Shown here piece after piece: positions 45,272-54,528 of a stretch of 64,000 bases of DNA (within the stretch, counting starts at the first letter, position 1; every line of letters starts with the position of its first letter). The DNA is from a virus. A model generated the notes under the pieces. The model ran no database searches, was not told where the DNA came from, and saw only the letters and a list, made by a program, of their open reading frames with translations. Location of the stretch: the IMG/VR virus record IMGVR_UViG_3300012944_000024, positions 1 through 64,000 of that record; one strand, 5' to 3'. The translations under genes and the position numbers were made by a program.

Positions 45272-45601
45272 TCAGACCGCCTTCTTGTTTCGTCCCACCC
45301 ACTTCGCCAGAGGGTTGGCCGCGCCCTTCGGCTTCGCCATCGGCTGCGTCGCCGGGGAGGCCGACGCCACCACGCTCGAGGCCGTCGAAGATCCCTGCGT
45401 CGAGCTCGACGAGCCCGGCGACGAGGTCGAGGCGGTCGGGTCGTTGGAGGCGCCGCTCGACGCTGCCGGCGGGGCGGAGGAGGCCGGCTGGGTCGACGCG
45501 GGGGGCGCGGAGGAGCTCGGCGCCGGGGCAGGGGGCTTGGGGGGGCCCTTCTTCTTCGCAGCGCCCGCCGCGACGAACTTCGAGAGTTTCGGAAAGGCCA
45601 T
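45272..45601 (-). CDS. Disordered Ser/Pro/Ala-rich protein with basic termini
   Basis: MAFPKLSKFV...NPLAKWVGRNKKAV. Confidence 0.6.
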   Translation of the reverse strand: MAFPKLSKFVAAGAAKKKGPPKPPAPAPSSSAPPASTQPASSAPPAASSGASNDPTASTSSPGSSSSTQGSSTASSVVASASPATQPMAKPKGAANPLAKWVGRNKKAV

Positions 45602-45657
45602 CGGGATCTCCGAGATGAGACCTACCAGGGGGCCGAGAGCCGCCGCAAACTCCGGCC

Positions 45658-45673
45658 GGGAACCCGGGTTCCC
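45658..45673. repeat. 16-bp palindrome copy 10
   Basis: Exact, extends to 22 bp; 9 nt after tape measure stop. Confidence 0.98.
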
Positions 45674-45682
45674 GGCGGGGGA

Positions 45683-47650
45683 TCAGAATCCAAAGGTCTG
45701 TGAAAAGCGACTCGTGATCCGATTGGTCGCGGAGCGCGCGATGTCCTTCCGGAAGATAAGTGCGATCTTGTCCGGGTCGGCGTTCCGGAAGTCCTGGTGG
45801 ATGTGCATCGTGGTCGGCCCGAAGTTGATCGGCGGCAGCTTCGTCTCCGGTCCCTCCGCGCCGCCCGATGCGAGCCCGTGGAGCTTCTTGAGCGCGTCCT
45901 CCACGCTCCCCGTCGCCCCCGCGAGCGCGATGCGCAGGGCGTTGTTGGCGGAGAGGATCCGCCGCGCGCTCGCGTCGGCCTCCTTGGCGTTGACCTCGGT
46001 GGCGGTCTTGAACGCGCTGGTGATCTTCCCCATCCCGAGGCCCACCGCGATCCCCTGGGCGCCCATCACGTTCGCGCTCGCCGCCTCGAACCCGCCCATC
46101 GCGTTCGCGAGCTTGGCGTGGCCCTCGGCCTGCGCGTTGGCCTGGGCGAGCACCTTGCGGTAGGCGTCCTCGGTCATGTCGCCCGCCTCGACCGCCGCGG
46201 CGCCAGAGCGCTCGAGCGACTCGATGTAGTGCTGCATGTCCTGGTCGGTCGCCTCGACCTTCTGCGCGTCCTCGCCGATCTTGCGCACCACCGCGTTGAT
46301 GTTGGCGAGCCGGTCGGCCGCCGCGTCGACGCTCTCGGTGAAGGGGTTCATGTGCTCGATGAGCCGCCCGAAGCTCATCCCGCTCTCCTGCTCGAGCTTG
46401 CCCATCTGATCGGACGCGAGCGTCCACGACCCCACCGCCGCGACCAGCGCGCCCGCCCCCAGCGCCGCCCCCGCCCCGCCCGTCCCCCCCAGCCCCCCCG
46501 CGCCCCGCGCCTTGCCCGCCGCCGCCCCCAGGCCCGGCAGCGCCCCCGCCCCCTGGGTCAGCATCCCCAGGGCCGGCTTGCCCACGTACTGCGCCGCCGC
46601 GAGCCCGAGGAGCAGATCGCGGTGCTCGGCGAGGAAGGAGACGGCCCCCTTGATCGCCCCCGCCCCGTCCTCGAGCGCCTTGCTGATCTCGTCCGCGTGG
46701 GTCTCGAGGTACTCGAATGCCTCCTTGATCTCGGCGCCGGCGATCTTCACCCACTCGCCAACCTTGTCCCCCATCGTGTGGGCGAGCCGCTCGATCTCCT
46801 CGCGGTGCTCGGCGAGGTAGACCTTCAGGTGCTCGAGCTGCGGGCCGACCGCGGCGATCATCGGGGCCCCCATCGTCTCGAAGAACGCCTCGCGCGTGCC
46901 GCTCAGCGAGGTGAGCAGCTGGTCGAACGAGAGCGGCGCGTCCTTCATGCGCTTGGCCATCCGGTCGACCGCGGTCTCGGCGAGCTTGAAGACGTCCTCT
47001 TGCTTGCCCCCCTGCATCATCGCGTTGAGCGCCTTGGCGACCTTCTTGGCCCCGCCCTCGACAACGCCCGTCTGCCGCATCAGCTGCACGAGCGCGTTCT
47101 TGGGCCTCACGATCCCCATCTCGAGGTCGCGCCACGCCGCGCTCATCGCCTCGAGCCCGCCGGGCAGGTTCTTCGACGCGACGGCCATCTTGTCGACCAT
47201 CCCGGAGACCTCCTCGCTCGAGCGGGTCGAGCGAGAGGCGATCATCTCGAACGCGTCGAGCATCGATTCCTTCGTGTTGCCTGTAGTGATCCCGAGCTGC
47301 TCGAAGTGCTCGTTCAACTTCTCGGCCTTCTCGGAGAGCTCGTCGAAGCTGCTCTCGCCCTTCTCGACCATGCTGATCGCCCCGGCGAGCTCCTTCTTCT
47401 GCTCGGCCAGGTGGGCGGCGGAGTGGAAGACCTCCTCACCGAACTCCTTGACCGTCTCGACCGCCCCCGAGAGCTGGAACCCGATCGCCACCGCGGCGGC
47501 CTGCTTGGCCATCCCCATCATCTCGTGGCCCACCTCGTGGACCTTCTCTCGCAGGCCCTCGAAGTTCTCCTTGAGCTTGTGCAGCGCCTCGTGCGCCTGA
47601 TCGTCAAGAGTCAGCTTGGTGGAGACTTCCGCTTGCTCGTGTTCGCTCAT
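45683..47650 (-). CDS. Tape measure protein (655 aa)
   Basis: Helical Ala/Gly-rich; directly after chaperones. Confidence 0.85.
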   Translation of the reverse strand: MSEHEQAEVSTKLTLDDQAHEALHKLKENFEGLREKVHEVGHEMMGMAKQAAAVAIGFQLSGAVETVKEFGEEVFHSAAHLAEQKKELAGAISMVEKGESSFDELSEKAEKLNEHFEQLGITTGNTKESMLDAFEMIASRSTRSSEEVSGMVDKMAVASKNLPGGLEAMSAAWRDLEMGIVRPKNALVQLMRQTGVVEGGAKKVAKALNAMMQGGKQEDVFKLAETAVDRMAKRMKDAPLSFDQLLTSLSGTREAFFETMGAPMIAAVGPQLEHLKVYLAEHREEIERLAHTMGDKVGEWVKIAGAEIKEAFEYLETHADEISKALEDGAGAIKGAVSFLAEHRDLLLGLAAAQYVGKPALGMLTQGAGALPGLGAAAGKARGAGGLGGTGGAGAALGAGALVAAVGSWTLASDQMGKLEQESGMSFGRLIEHMNPFTESVDAAADRLANINAVVRKIGEDAQKVEATDQDMQHYIESLERSGAAAVEAGDMTEDAYRKVLAQANAQAEGHAKLANAMGGFEAASANVMGAQGIAVGLGMGKITSAFKTATEVNAKEADASARRILSANNALRIALAGATGSVEDALKKLHGLASGGAEGPETKLPPINFGPTTMHIHQDFRNADPDKIALIFRKDIARSATNRITSRFSQTFGF

Positions 47651-47651
47651 C

Positions 47652-47966
47652 TCAGGCGTCCTCGGGGCTACCGCCCTCGTTCTTCAAGATCTCCACCACC
47701 ACCTCGAACGCGTCGCGCATCTCGCCGACGTCGCGATGCTCCCACGAGAACGGGTCGACGCGCGCGTAGCGGGCGAGCACCATCTTCATCCACAACCGGT
47801 CGCGAATGACCCGGGCCGGGTCCTTGCTGTAGAGGAGCGAGGCGTCAAACCCAACGCTCACGCAGAGGCGCGCGAGGACGTCGTCAACCCAGTCGGGGTC
47901 GGGCGGGAAGGTGGACCGCCGCCCGCTTAGCCGACCGTCCGCGGCGCCACGCAGTGCTCGAAAAAA
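47652..47966 (-). CDS. Tail assembly chaperone GT, -1 frame segment
   Basis: Open -1 frame from slippery site to 1 nt before tape measure start; no own start codon. Confidence 0.75.
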   Translation of the reverse strand, partial: FFRALRGAADGRLSGRRSTFPPDPDWVDDVLARLCVSVGFDASLLYSKDPARVIRDRLWMKMVLARYARVDPFSWEHRDVGEMRDAFEVVVEILKNEGGSPEDA

Positions 47967-48484
47967 TCGGCGTTCTCCGAAGCGTCCATCACGTGCGTCT
48001 TGAGGTAGATCCCCTTGAGCTGCTGGCGGCACTTGCCGCCGATCTCGTTCCAGAAGGCGGCGACGCTCGCGAATCCATCCCCGTCCGCCGGGTGGGTCGG
48101 GGCCAGCGAGATCTTCTTGCCATCGACGCTGCGGATCATCGCCTTGGCCATCTCGTCGATGATCCGGATCCCGTCGCCGCGCGCGAGCTTGCTCGCCCGC
48201 TTCTCATCGGACTCCGAGAGGTTCCAGAGGATGCAGGTGCGGTCCTCGCCCTTGGGCATGTTCGTCATCGGCGCGCGGAAGCGGACGAACCAGATCGTCC
48301 AGCCCGGAGGAAACGAGAACCCCGCGGGCACCTTCGCCCATGCGGGGGTGGCCTGATCGGTGTCGGTGGGGACGACGTCGTCCTCGTCGTCGAGATCCAC
48401 CACCGCGGGGGCCGGGGCCCCGCCCCCCTCGCCCTTCGCCTCGGCGATGAGCTTCTCCATGTCATCGGCTTCGATCTTCGGCAT
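47927..48484 (-). CDS. Tail assembly chaperone G
   Basis: Upstream of tape measure; carries slippery heptamer. Confidence 0.75.
   Translation of the reverse strand: MPKIEADDMEKLIAEAKGEGGGAPAPAVVDLDDEDDVVPTDTDQATPAWAKVPAGFSFPPGWTIWFVRFRAPMTNMPKGEDRTCILWNLSESDEKRASKLARGDGIRIIDEMAKAMIRSVDGKKISLAPTHPADGDGFASVAAFWNEIGGKCRQQLKGIYLKTHVMDASENADFFEHCVAPRTVG
47960..47966 (-). other. Programmed -1 frameshift site T TTT TTC
   Basis: GAT TTT TTC in frame near the end of chaperone G; X XXY YYZ pattern. Confidence 0.8.
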
Positions 48485-48509
48485 GCGTCGGTTTCCTCCG
48501 CGGGCGAGC

Positions 48510-49037
48510 TTACTCGTGGATCTTCTCGATCTCCCGCTTCACCTCCTCCTCGAGGATGGCGGGGATCCGGCGGCGCGCCTTGGCCATGATCCTTAGCCCC
48601 TTGCCCTCGCCCCCGAAGATCCCCTTCTTCTTCATGCTCTGCGCGATCGCCCAGGCGATCTGCCGGCCCGCTGCGCCGCGCTCTTCCTTCTTCGCCGCAC
48701 CGACAAGCCCCTTGCGCACCACCCACTCGGCCAGGGCGTCGATCATGCGCTTGCCGATCTTGATGTTCTCCGCCCGCGCGCCGTCCTCGATGATCCCCGC
48801 GTGCGGGGTGGCGTTGTAGACGAGCGCGCCGTTCTCGACCGCCCGCGCCCGCCAGCCCGCGCGGTAAACCCCCCGGTCCACCGGGACACGCGGCTCGCGC
48901 GGAATGATCTCGGTCACGATCACCCCCACGACCCGATGGGCCGCCGCAAGCAGCCCGCGCAGCGCCGCCTTGCGCCTCTTGCCCTCGAGCTCCACCACCC
49001 ACGCGGGCGCCTGCTCGATCGTCATCTTCCGGCCCAT
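48510..49037 (-). CDS. Neck/tail completion protein (HK97 gp10-like)
   Basis: PVDRGVYRAGW...YNATPHAGIIEDG. Confidence 0.75.
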   Translation of the reverse strand: MGRKMTIEQAPAWVVELEGKRRKAALRGLLAAAHRVVGVIVTEIIPREPRVPVDRGVYRAGWRARAVENGALVYNATPHAGIIEDGARAENIKIGKRMIDALAEWVVRKGLVGAAKKEERGAAGRQIAWAIAQSMKKKGIFGGEGKGLRIMAKARRRIPAILEEEVKREIEKIHE

Positions 49038-49290
49038 GGGACCGGATCATGGCATAGGTGGGGGCGAGGCGAGCGAGATGACCGTGCCCCCCCGCGGCTC
49101 TCCTCGCCTCTCTTTTTTCAACCCGCCGGCATAGGAGAGTCGAGCTGGAGCGGTGGGCCCTCCCCCCATCGCGATCTAGCTCCTCTTAGGTGGGCGCCCG
49201 GGGCGGCGTGGACACGGGGCTGGAGAGGGACGACGCAGACCCTTGGGACCCCGAGAACGCGCCACCCCGGAACTCCCGTACGCCCGCCCC

Positions 49291-49306
49291 GGGAACCCGG
49301 GTTCCC
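49291..49306. repeat. 16-bp palindrome copy 11
   Basis: Exact; 8 nt after HNH stop. Confidence 0.98.
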
Positions 49307-49314
49307 AGCGCGGT

Positions 49315-49974
49315 TCATGCCGACCGTTTTCGCAGAGGCGGGGTCGTGAACGCGATCTCTTTGGACCACCCGAGCTTGCCGATGCGATCGCGCAGCGTTC
49401 GAGCGTGGATCCCAAGTCGCCCCGCCCACTCGTCGATCGTCAGGGATTCACCCTGGTACTCGATCAGCTTGGTCGCCCTGCGGTTGCGCGACTGCTCCTT
49501 GCGCGTCGCCCACCGCACGTTACCCGGCTCGTAGTTCCCGTCGTTGTCGATGCGCTCGATCGTGTGAGTAGGCGTTGGGCGCAGACCCATATACGCAAAG
49601 AATGCCGCAAAGTCGTCGACCCAGTCGGGGTGCAACCCGATCCCGCGCCCGCCGTAATCCTTGAAGTCCTTCGCATGTGGGTTGAGGCAACGCTTCTTCA
49701 TCGACTGCCAAGACCCATACTCACCTAGCTTGCGACCCGCATGGGTAGCCCCATGCGTCGTCGCTGCAGCCGACGTGCGCTCGCGGTGCAGGCACCCGCA
49801 CGATTGCGTCCTCCCATCGAGGAGCGGACCGCTGAAGGCGTCCTTCGTCCCCCCGCAGTCGCACACGCATCGCCAGCGGTTTGCGCTCCCGCCGCCTGGG
49901 TAGACCACCCTCTCCCCGGGCCCCGTCACCACCAACCTGCCGAACCTGCGCCCCGTGAGGTCGTTCTTCTTCAC
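49315..49974 (-). CDS. HNH homing endonuclease
   Basis: DLTGRRFGRL, CVCDCG, SCGC, MKKRC, YGGRGI, IERIDNDGNYEPGNVRWAT..EQ.RN. Confidence 0.93.
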   Translation of the reverse strand: MKKNDLTGRRFGRLVVTGPGERVVYPGGGSANRWRCVCDCGGTKDAFSGPLLDGRTQSCGCLHRERTSAAATTHGATHAGRKLGEYGSWQSMKKRCLNPHAKDFKDYGGRGIGLHPDWVDDFAAFFAYMGLRPTPTHTIERIDNDGNYEPGNVRWATRKEQSRNRRATKLIEYQGESLTIDEWAGRLGIHARTLRDRIGKLGWSKEIAFTTPPLRKRSA

Positions 49975-50005
49975 GACCCGGAGACTAATACAATCTAATA
50001 ACTAA

Positions 50006-50443
50006 TCAAGAGAGCTGCAATGAGAAGTCATCAGCCTCTCCGCTCAGTTTCTTATTTGCGTAGTCGGTCCGGCTCGGCGTGCTCACCGCCTGCGGTCCGA
50101 ACTTCGCGTCGGGGATGTAGATCGAAGGCTCGTCGCCGTTCGGGTAGAACAGCACGGCCCCGATGTTGATGACGAGGTTGGGGGTGTTGCGCTTCTGCCG
50201 GTCGTGGATGGCGATGATGAGGCGCAGCCAGTCCTGCGAGTGCGTGTGCATCTCGAAGTCGAACTTGACCCCGTTGTAGACGTCGTCCTTCCGGTTGGTC
50301 TTCTCGCCGAGGTAGCCCTGACTCTTGATCTCGCTCTCAAACTCCACGTTGAAGTTATGGATATCCGTGAGGGTATCTTGCAGGACCCCTCCAGAGGTGA
50401 TCACGAGCTCAATCTCCTGCCCCTTCAGCCTTTGGGCTACCAC
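50006..50443 (-). CDS. Tail tube protein
   Basis: 145 aa beta-rich, after sheath; AAGGAAAAGG upstream of GTG. Confidence 0.8.
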   Translation of the reverse strand: MVAQRLKGQEIELVITSGGVLQDTLTDIHNFNVEFESEIKSQGYLGEKTNRKDDVYNGVKFDFEMHTHSQDWLRLIIAIHDRQKRNTPNLVINIGAVLFYPNGDEPSIYIPDAKFGPQAVSTPSRTDYANKKLSGEADDFSLQLS

Positions 50444-50478
50444 TAGACCCTTTTCCTTCTTGTGCTGGCATCCGGTCC

Positions 50479-50766
50479 ATGGGCTGCACAGACCTCATGG
50501 GGCGCGTTTTTGGTAGATGGACCGTCGTCAGTCTCGCACCTCGCGTCAGGAAACGAACCTTCTGGAACTGCGTCTGCACCTGCGGAGTAATGCGAGTCGT
50601 CCACGCGGGAGCGCTCATCGCGGGCAGCACGAACTCGTGCGGGTGTTTGCGCGTCGAGATCGGCCGTGCGCAACGGGGTACGTTCTACCACCGCATCGCG
50701 CGCGGCTTCTCCGAAGAAGAGGCCATCACCACCCCCCCTCTCAAGAAGAACGGACTCCCTCGCTAG
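50479..50766 (+). CDS. Nuclease-less derivative of HNH endonuclease
   Basis: DLMGRVFGRW, CVCTCG, SCGC joined directly to TFYHRI.RG.S.EEAITTPPL; catalytic core missing. Confidence 0.75.
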   Translation: MGCTDLMGRVFGRWTVVSLAPRVRKRTFWNCVCTCGVMRVVHAGALIAGSTNSCGCLRVEIGRAQRGTFYHRIARGFSEEEAITTPPLKKNGLPR

Positions 50767-50791
50767 CGCCACGGTCACTTGGGGTTCCCTT

Positions 50792-53374
50792 TCACGCCGC
50801 TTGCGGCAAGAGCTCCGCCACCACCACCGTCTCACCGATCGTGGTCTGCAGCACGATCGAGTCGAGCGAGGCGAGCAGCCGGACCACCACGATGATCCGG
50901 AAGAGCCCCTGCCCGAGCGTCACCACGTCGTTGCCGCTCTTGGTGTCGACCCCGAAGGAATCGATGCGCTGCGCGTCGGGGTTGTTGGGGTTGCCCTGGC
51001 TCGCGCTGCTCCCCCCGCCCGCCAGCCCGTTCAAGAACTGGAAGATCTCCGTCCGGATCGCGTTGCGACGCTTGGAGGTCGAGAGCTTCTTGCCGAACTC
51101 CTTGAGCGAGATGGCCATTGAGTCCTGGAGGAAGTCGGCCATCCGGCGGCGTTTGATGTTCACGATCGACGGGTTGGCGAGCGGGTCCACGCTCGTCACG
51201 CCGCTCTGGAAGGCTGCGACCCCATCGTCGATGATGAGCGCGCAGATCCCCGCCGCCTTGAAGGCTTGGTAGGTCGTGATGTCGAAGTTCTGGACGTTCG
51301 AGCCCGTCTCGATCGCGTTGACCCCGTCGGCGAAGTCGGTGTCCTGGCCGGGGTTCTCCTCCGGGTTGAGGTTGCTCATCACCGAGGCGAGAAACCCATC
51401 GGCGCCCACGTCGACGTTGCCGCTCGCGTTGAACCCCTCGCCCCCGCCGGGCCCGACGAGCGCGATGATCGGCACAAACGTGTTCGCCTGCGGGTAGCAG
51501 TAGATGACCCGATCGGATCGGTACGCCCCGACCCCCGGGGTCGCGGTCGTCGAGAGCGCGGTCTGCACGGGCGTATTGAGCGGGGTGCGGATGCAGGCGA
51601 CGCGGCCGAAGCACCCGCTCGCGCTCGCGCTGATCGCGTTGTTCCGCAGGGCGGTGCGGATCGCGTTGCTCTGCCGGGCCGCGAAGATGATGTTGGTCGT
51701 CTTGGCGACCGTGTTGACGCGCGCGGTCGCGGCGATCGAGATCGCGTACTGCGCGTCGATCTGGTTCTCGGTGAGCGCGGCGGTGATGACCTGCGGGTTG
51801 ACGACCGAGAAGGCCCCGATCGCGGGAGGCGAGAGGATCTGGCTCACCGACCCCGCCCCCGTCCCCGCGCCCGTCCCGTCGTCGAGGGCGTGGCGGATCT
51901 TCACGCTCCAGCTCGTCGCCCCCGCGGCTTGCTGGACCCCGGCGATCGTGACCCCCGAGAGCGCGAAGAGGACGCCCTGCATGGTGACGAACTGCGCGCC
52001 GCCCGGTACCTGCACGACCGTGCCGGCCGGGAAGGAGCCAGCGGGAGGGGGGGTGCCGAGGGTCTGCCCCACCACCAGCCCCAGCTCGGTCAGCACCGCC
52101 CCCGCGCTCGCCCCCACCACGCTCACCACGCCGCCCGGCTTGGTCCCCACGACATAGAACCGGCTCGCCCCGTCGCTCGTCACCGGGGCCCCCTGGGCCG
52201 CCGCGGTGAAGGCAGCATTGAGCTTGGTGACGGTAGCGGCGAGGGTGTCGCCCGACGCGACCGTCGTGGTCACCGACGGCAGGGAGGCGTCGAGCTGCAG
52301 GGTGATGGTCCCGGAGGTCCCGAGGTTGTACGTCCCGGCCCCGCTCACCAGGATGGGCAGACCGGTCGCGGTCGCCTCGGTGCCGGCGAGGAAGCCGAGC
52401 GCGGTCGCGGTCGTGCCCGACCCGACCACGAGGAAGCCCGTTGCACTCGTGTTGGAGATGCGGAGAGCGCCGTTCGGGTCGCTCTCCACCTTCGTGTTGG
52501 CGATCGCGGCCTGCACGATGAGGGCGATCTCGTTGGGCGCGACCGCCGCGATGTTCGCCACGTTTCCCGCCCCGCTCGTGACCCCCGCGGTCAGGCCGAG
52601 CTGCGCGAGCACGCCCGTCGACCCGCCGACGACGCTGACCTGCCCGCCCGTGCCGCCCTGCTGGCCCGTCAGGGTCAGCTGGCCGCCCGAGGTGCCGGCC
52701 AGCGCGAACCCCGCGTACTGGTTGATCCGCGCCACCACCTGCGCGAGCGACTGGTCGGCCGCGAGGAAGGTGACGATGAAGGAGGTGCCCTGGTCGTACG
52801 CGAGCGTGAGGGTGTTGCCGCCCGCAAAGGTGGTCGGGTAGGTCCCCCCGATCGCCGTGACCGTCGCGGCCGTCCCGGTGAAGGTGGCGGAGGTCGGGCC
52901 GGCGCCGACGTCGAGCTGCAGCACCTGCCCGGTCTGCAGCGCGTAGCGGAAGGCGGCGTTGCCGGTGAGGAAGGCGAGCCGCGTGATCGTGACCGCCCCG
53001 ACGGAGGTGTCGACGCGGCAGAGCAGCAGGGTCGAGAAGGTCTTCTGATTGAGCTGGACGACCCCGTTGCCGTTCCAGAACTCGGCCGCCAGCGCCCCGT
53101 CGGCGAAGCGCTGGCGCGCGCACGGGTTCTGCCCCGGCAGGCTGCCGTACTGGTACCCCAGGCTCCCCCAGGTGGTCTGAAAATCCGTCGTCGAGATCAC
53201 CTGCTGCGGGGCGTTGAAGGGGCCGTCCTCGAACTCCCCCACGCACATCGTCGTGCCCGACCCGATCCCCGCGATCGCGCCAGGCGGGGTCAGGTCGATC
53301 ACGTTGATCGACTCCACATTCAAAAGGACCGTATTGCCTGGGTCCTGAAGAAATCGACGGGTGAACATCCCCAT
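50792..53374 (-). CDS. Tail sheath protein (860 aa)
   Basis: VGEFEDGPFNAP..V.S; C-terminal FQSGVT...IKRRRMADF. Confidence 0.9.
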   Translation of the reverse strand: MGMFTRRFLQDPGNTVLLNVESINVIDLTPPGAIAGIGSGTTMCVGEFEDGPFNAPQQVISTTDFQTTWGSLGYQYGSLPGQNPCARQRFADGALAAEFWNGNGVVQLNQKTFSTLLLCRVDTSVGAVTITRLAFLTGNAAFRYALQTGQVLQLDVGAGPTSATFTGTAATVTAIGGTYPTTFAGGNTLTLAYDQGTSFIVTFLAADQSLAQVVARINQYAGFALAGTSGGQLTLTGQQGGTGGQVSVVGGSTGVLAQLGLTAGVTSGAGNVANIAAVAPNEIALIVQAAIANTKVESDPNGALRISNTSATGFLVVGSGTTATALGFLAGTEATATGLPILVSGAGTYNLGTSGTITLQLDASLPSVTTTVASGDTLAATVTKLNAAFTAAAQGAPVTSDGASRFYVVGTKPGGVVSVVGASAGAVLTELGLVVGQTLGTPPPAGSFPAGTVVQVPGGAQFVTMQGVLFALSGVTIAGVQQAAGATSWSVKIRHALDDGTGAGTGAGSVSQILSPPAIGAFSVVNPQVITAALTENQIDAQYAISIAATARVNTVAKTTNIIFAARQSNAIRTALRNNAISASASGCFGRVACIRTPLNTPVQTALSTTATPGVGAYRSDRVIYCYPQANTFVPIIALVGPGGGEGFNASGNVDVGADGFLASVMSNLNPEENPGQDTDFADGVNAIETGSNVQNFDITTYQAFKAAGICALIIDDGVAAFQSGVTSVDPLANPSIVNIKRRRMADFLQDSMAISLKEFGKKLSTSKRRNAIRTEIFQFLNGLAGGGSSASQGNPNNPDAQRIDSFGVDTKSGNDVVTLGQGLFRIIVVVRLLASLDSIVLQTTIGETVVVAELLPQAA

Positions 53375-53466
53375 TACGCAGCCATCCTCTCGGAATGAAG
53401 AACGGTTCCACGACGACCAGACCACTCGTCGAGCGTCTTGTCCTTCTTCGGCTTCGGTTGCGTCAT
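53374..53466 (-). CDS. 30-aa leader ORF coupled to sheath
   Basis: MTQPKPKKDKTLDEW...; TAATG overlap with sheath start. Confidence 0.45.
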   Translation of the reverse strand: MTQPKPKKDKTLDEWSGRRGTVLHSERMAA

Positions 53467-53516
53467 CGCCCGCCGAATCTACGGGGTGGGGAGGCGGCGC
53501 GTCAGCTTTCGACCTC

Positions 53517-54227
53517 TCACGTCGGCGGACGACGCGGGAAGGCGGCAAGCGCGCTCTCGTAGCTCGGGTCGCTCTTCTCGTAGGTGGCGACCTCGGCGCG
53601 CGGGGCGATCTCCACCACCCTCCGCAGCGTGACGAGGTCGAAGCGCATCTCGAAGACCATCTCCGTCCGGCGCCGCCTCCGCCCACTGTCCTCGTCGTCG
53701 ATGTTCTGCCCCTCGAGCGCCAGGAAGTGCGCGGTCTGCCCGTAGTAGGCGGGGACGCGCAGCCGCACCCCGGCCATCTCCTCGACCGGGTGGCACGCCC
53801 ACTCCACGCCCGCGAGGATGGCGCGCCGCTGCGCGCGCGTGCTCGCCCAGATGACCAGCACGACGCGCTCGACGTACTCGTCGCTGCACACCAGGACCGT
53901 CCCGGGACCATGCTCGTCTCTCGATCCCTCGTCGGCCGCGGGGGTCAGGCCCTTGGGGTCGAGGGTGTAGCGGCCCGGCTCGAACACGATGGTCGGGAAC
54001 TTCATCGGCTGCACGTCGTCGTCGGGGTACTCGACGAGGAAGCGCTCGCGCGGGATCTGGTAGTCCTCGGGCGGGCCGGGCGGGTTGAGCTTTCGAAAGA
54101 CGATGCAGTGCAGGTAGTCGGCGAATCGCTCGAGCACCGCGGTGCGCCCGTCGACCGCGGCGATCGGGATGGCGGGTCGCGGGGGGAAGACCGAACCCCA
54201 GCGGGTCCCGTCGAGCAGCTTAGTCAT
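53517..54227 (-). CDS. Tail terminator-like protein
   Basis: FPTI...LVIWASTRAQR; directly upstream of sheath. Confidence 0.7.
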   Translation of the reverse strand: MTKLLDGTRWGSVFPPRPAIPIAAVDGRTAVLERFADYLHCIVFRKLNPPGPPEDYQIPRERFLVEYPDDDVQPMKFPTIVFEPGRYTLDPKGLTPAADEGSRDEHGPGTVLVCSDEYVERVVLVIWASTRAQRRAILAGVEWACHPVEEMAGVRLRVPAYYGQTAHFLALEGQNIDDEDSGRRRRRTEMVFEMRFDLVTLRRVVEIAPRAEVATYEKSDPSYESALAAFPRRPPT

Positions 54228-54312
54228 TGCGGCATCGTACCCCACGACCCCGGACGGGGGGATCGCTAGGCCCGAATCCTAAGCACCCTGAAAACCAATC
54301 GGGCAGGGAGCA

Positions 54313-54528
54313 ATGGGTGCCCGTCCGGAGTCACCAATGCTCACGAGTCACTTCGCAGACGAGACGATCGAGGTCGGGTGCGAGCGCGAGCGCGAGCGAT
54401 GCGCGATCCAGCTCCCGTGGGACGACCCCTTCCAGGGTCTCGCCGCGTACATCGAAGCGCGCCATCTGACAGTTCGTCTCCACCTCGAGCGCGAACGTCT
54501 TCGAGACGCTAGGGGTCGTACCCGCTAG
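54313..54528 (+). CDS. Small hypothetical protein (strand uncertain)
   Basis: GGAG before ATG at 54313 and 54337; mirror frame also open. Confidence 0.35.
   Translation: MGARPESPMLTSHFADETIEVGCERERERCAIQLPWDDPFQGLAAYIEARHLTVRLHLERERLRDARGRTR

Noticed and set aside
53375-53911. 1039-aa sheath start in the ORF track
   Set aside because: Extension overlaps the tail terminator gene; sheath-like sequence begins at ATG 53374
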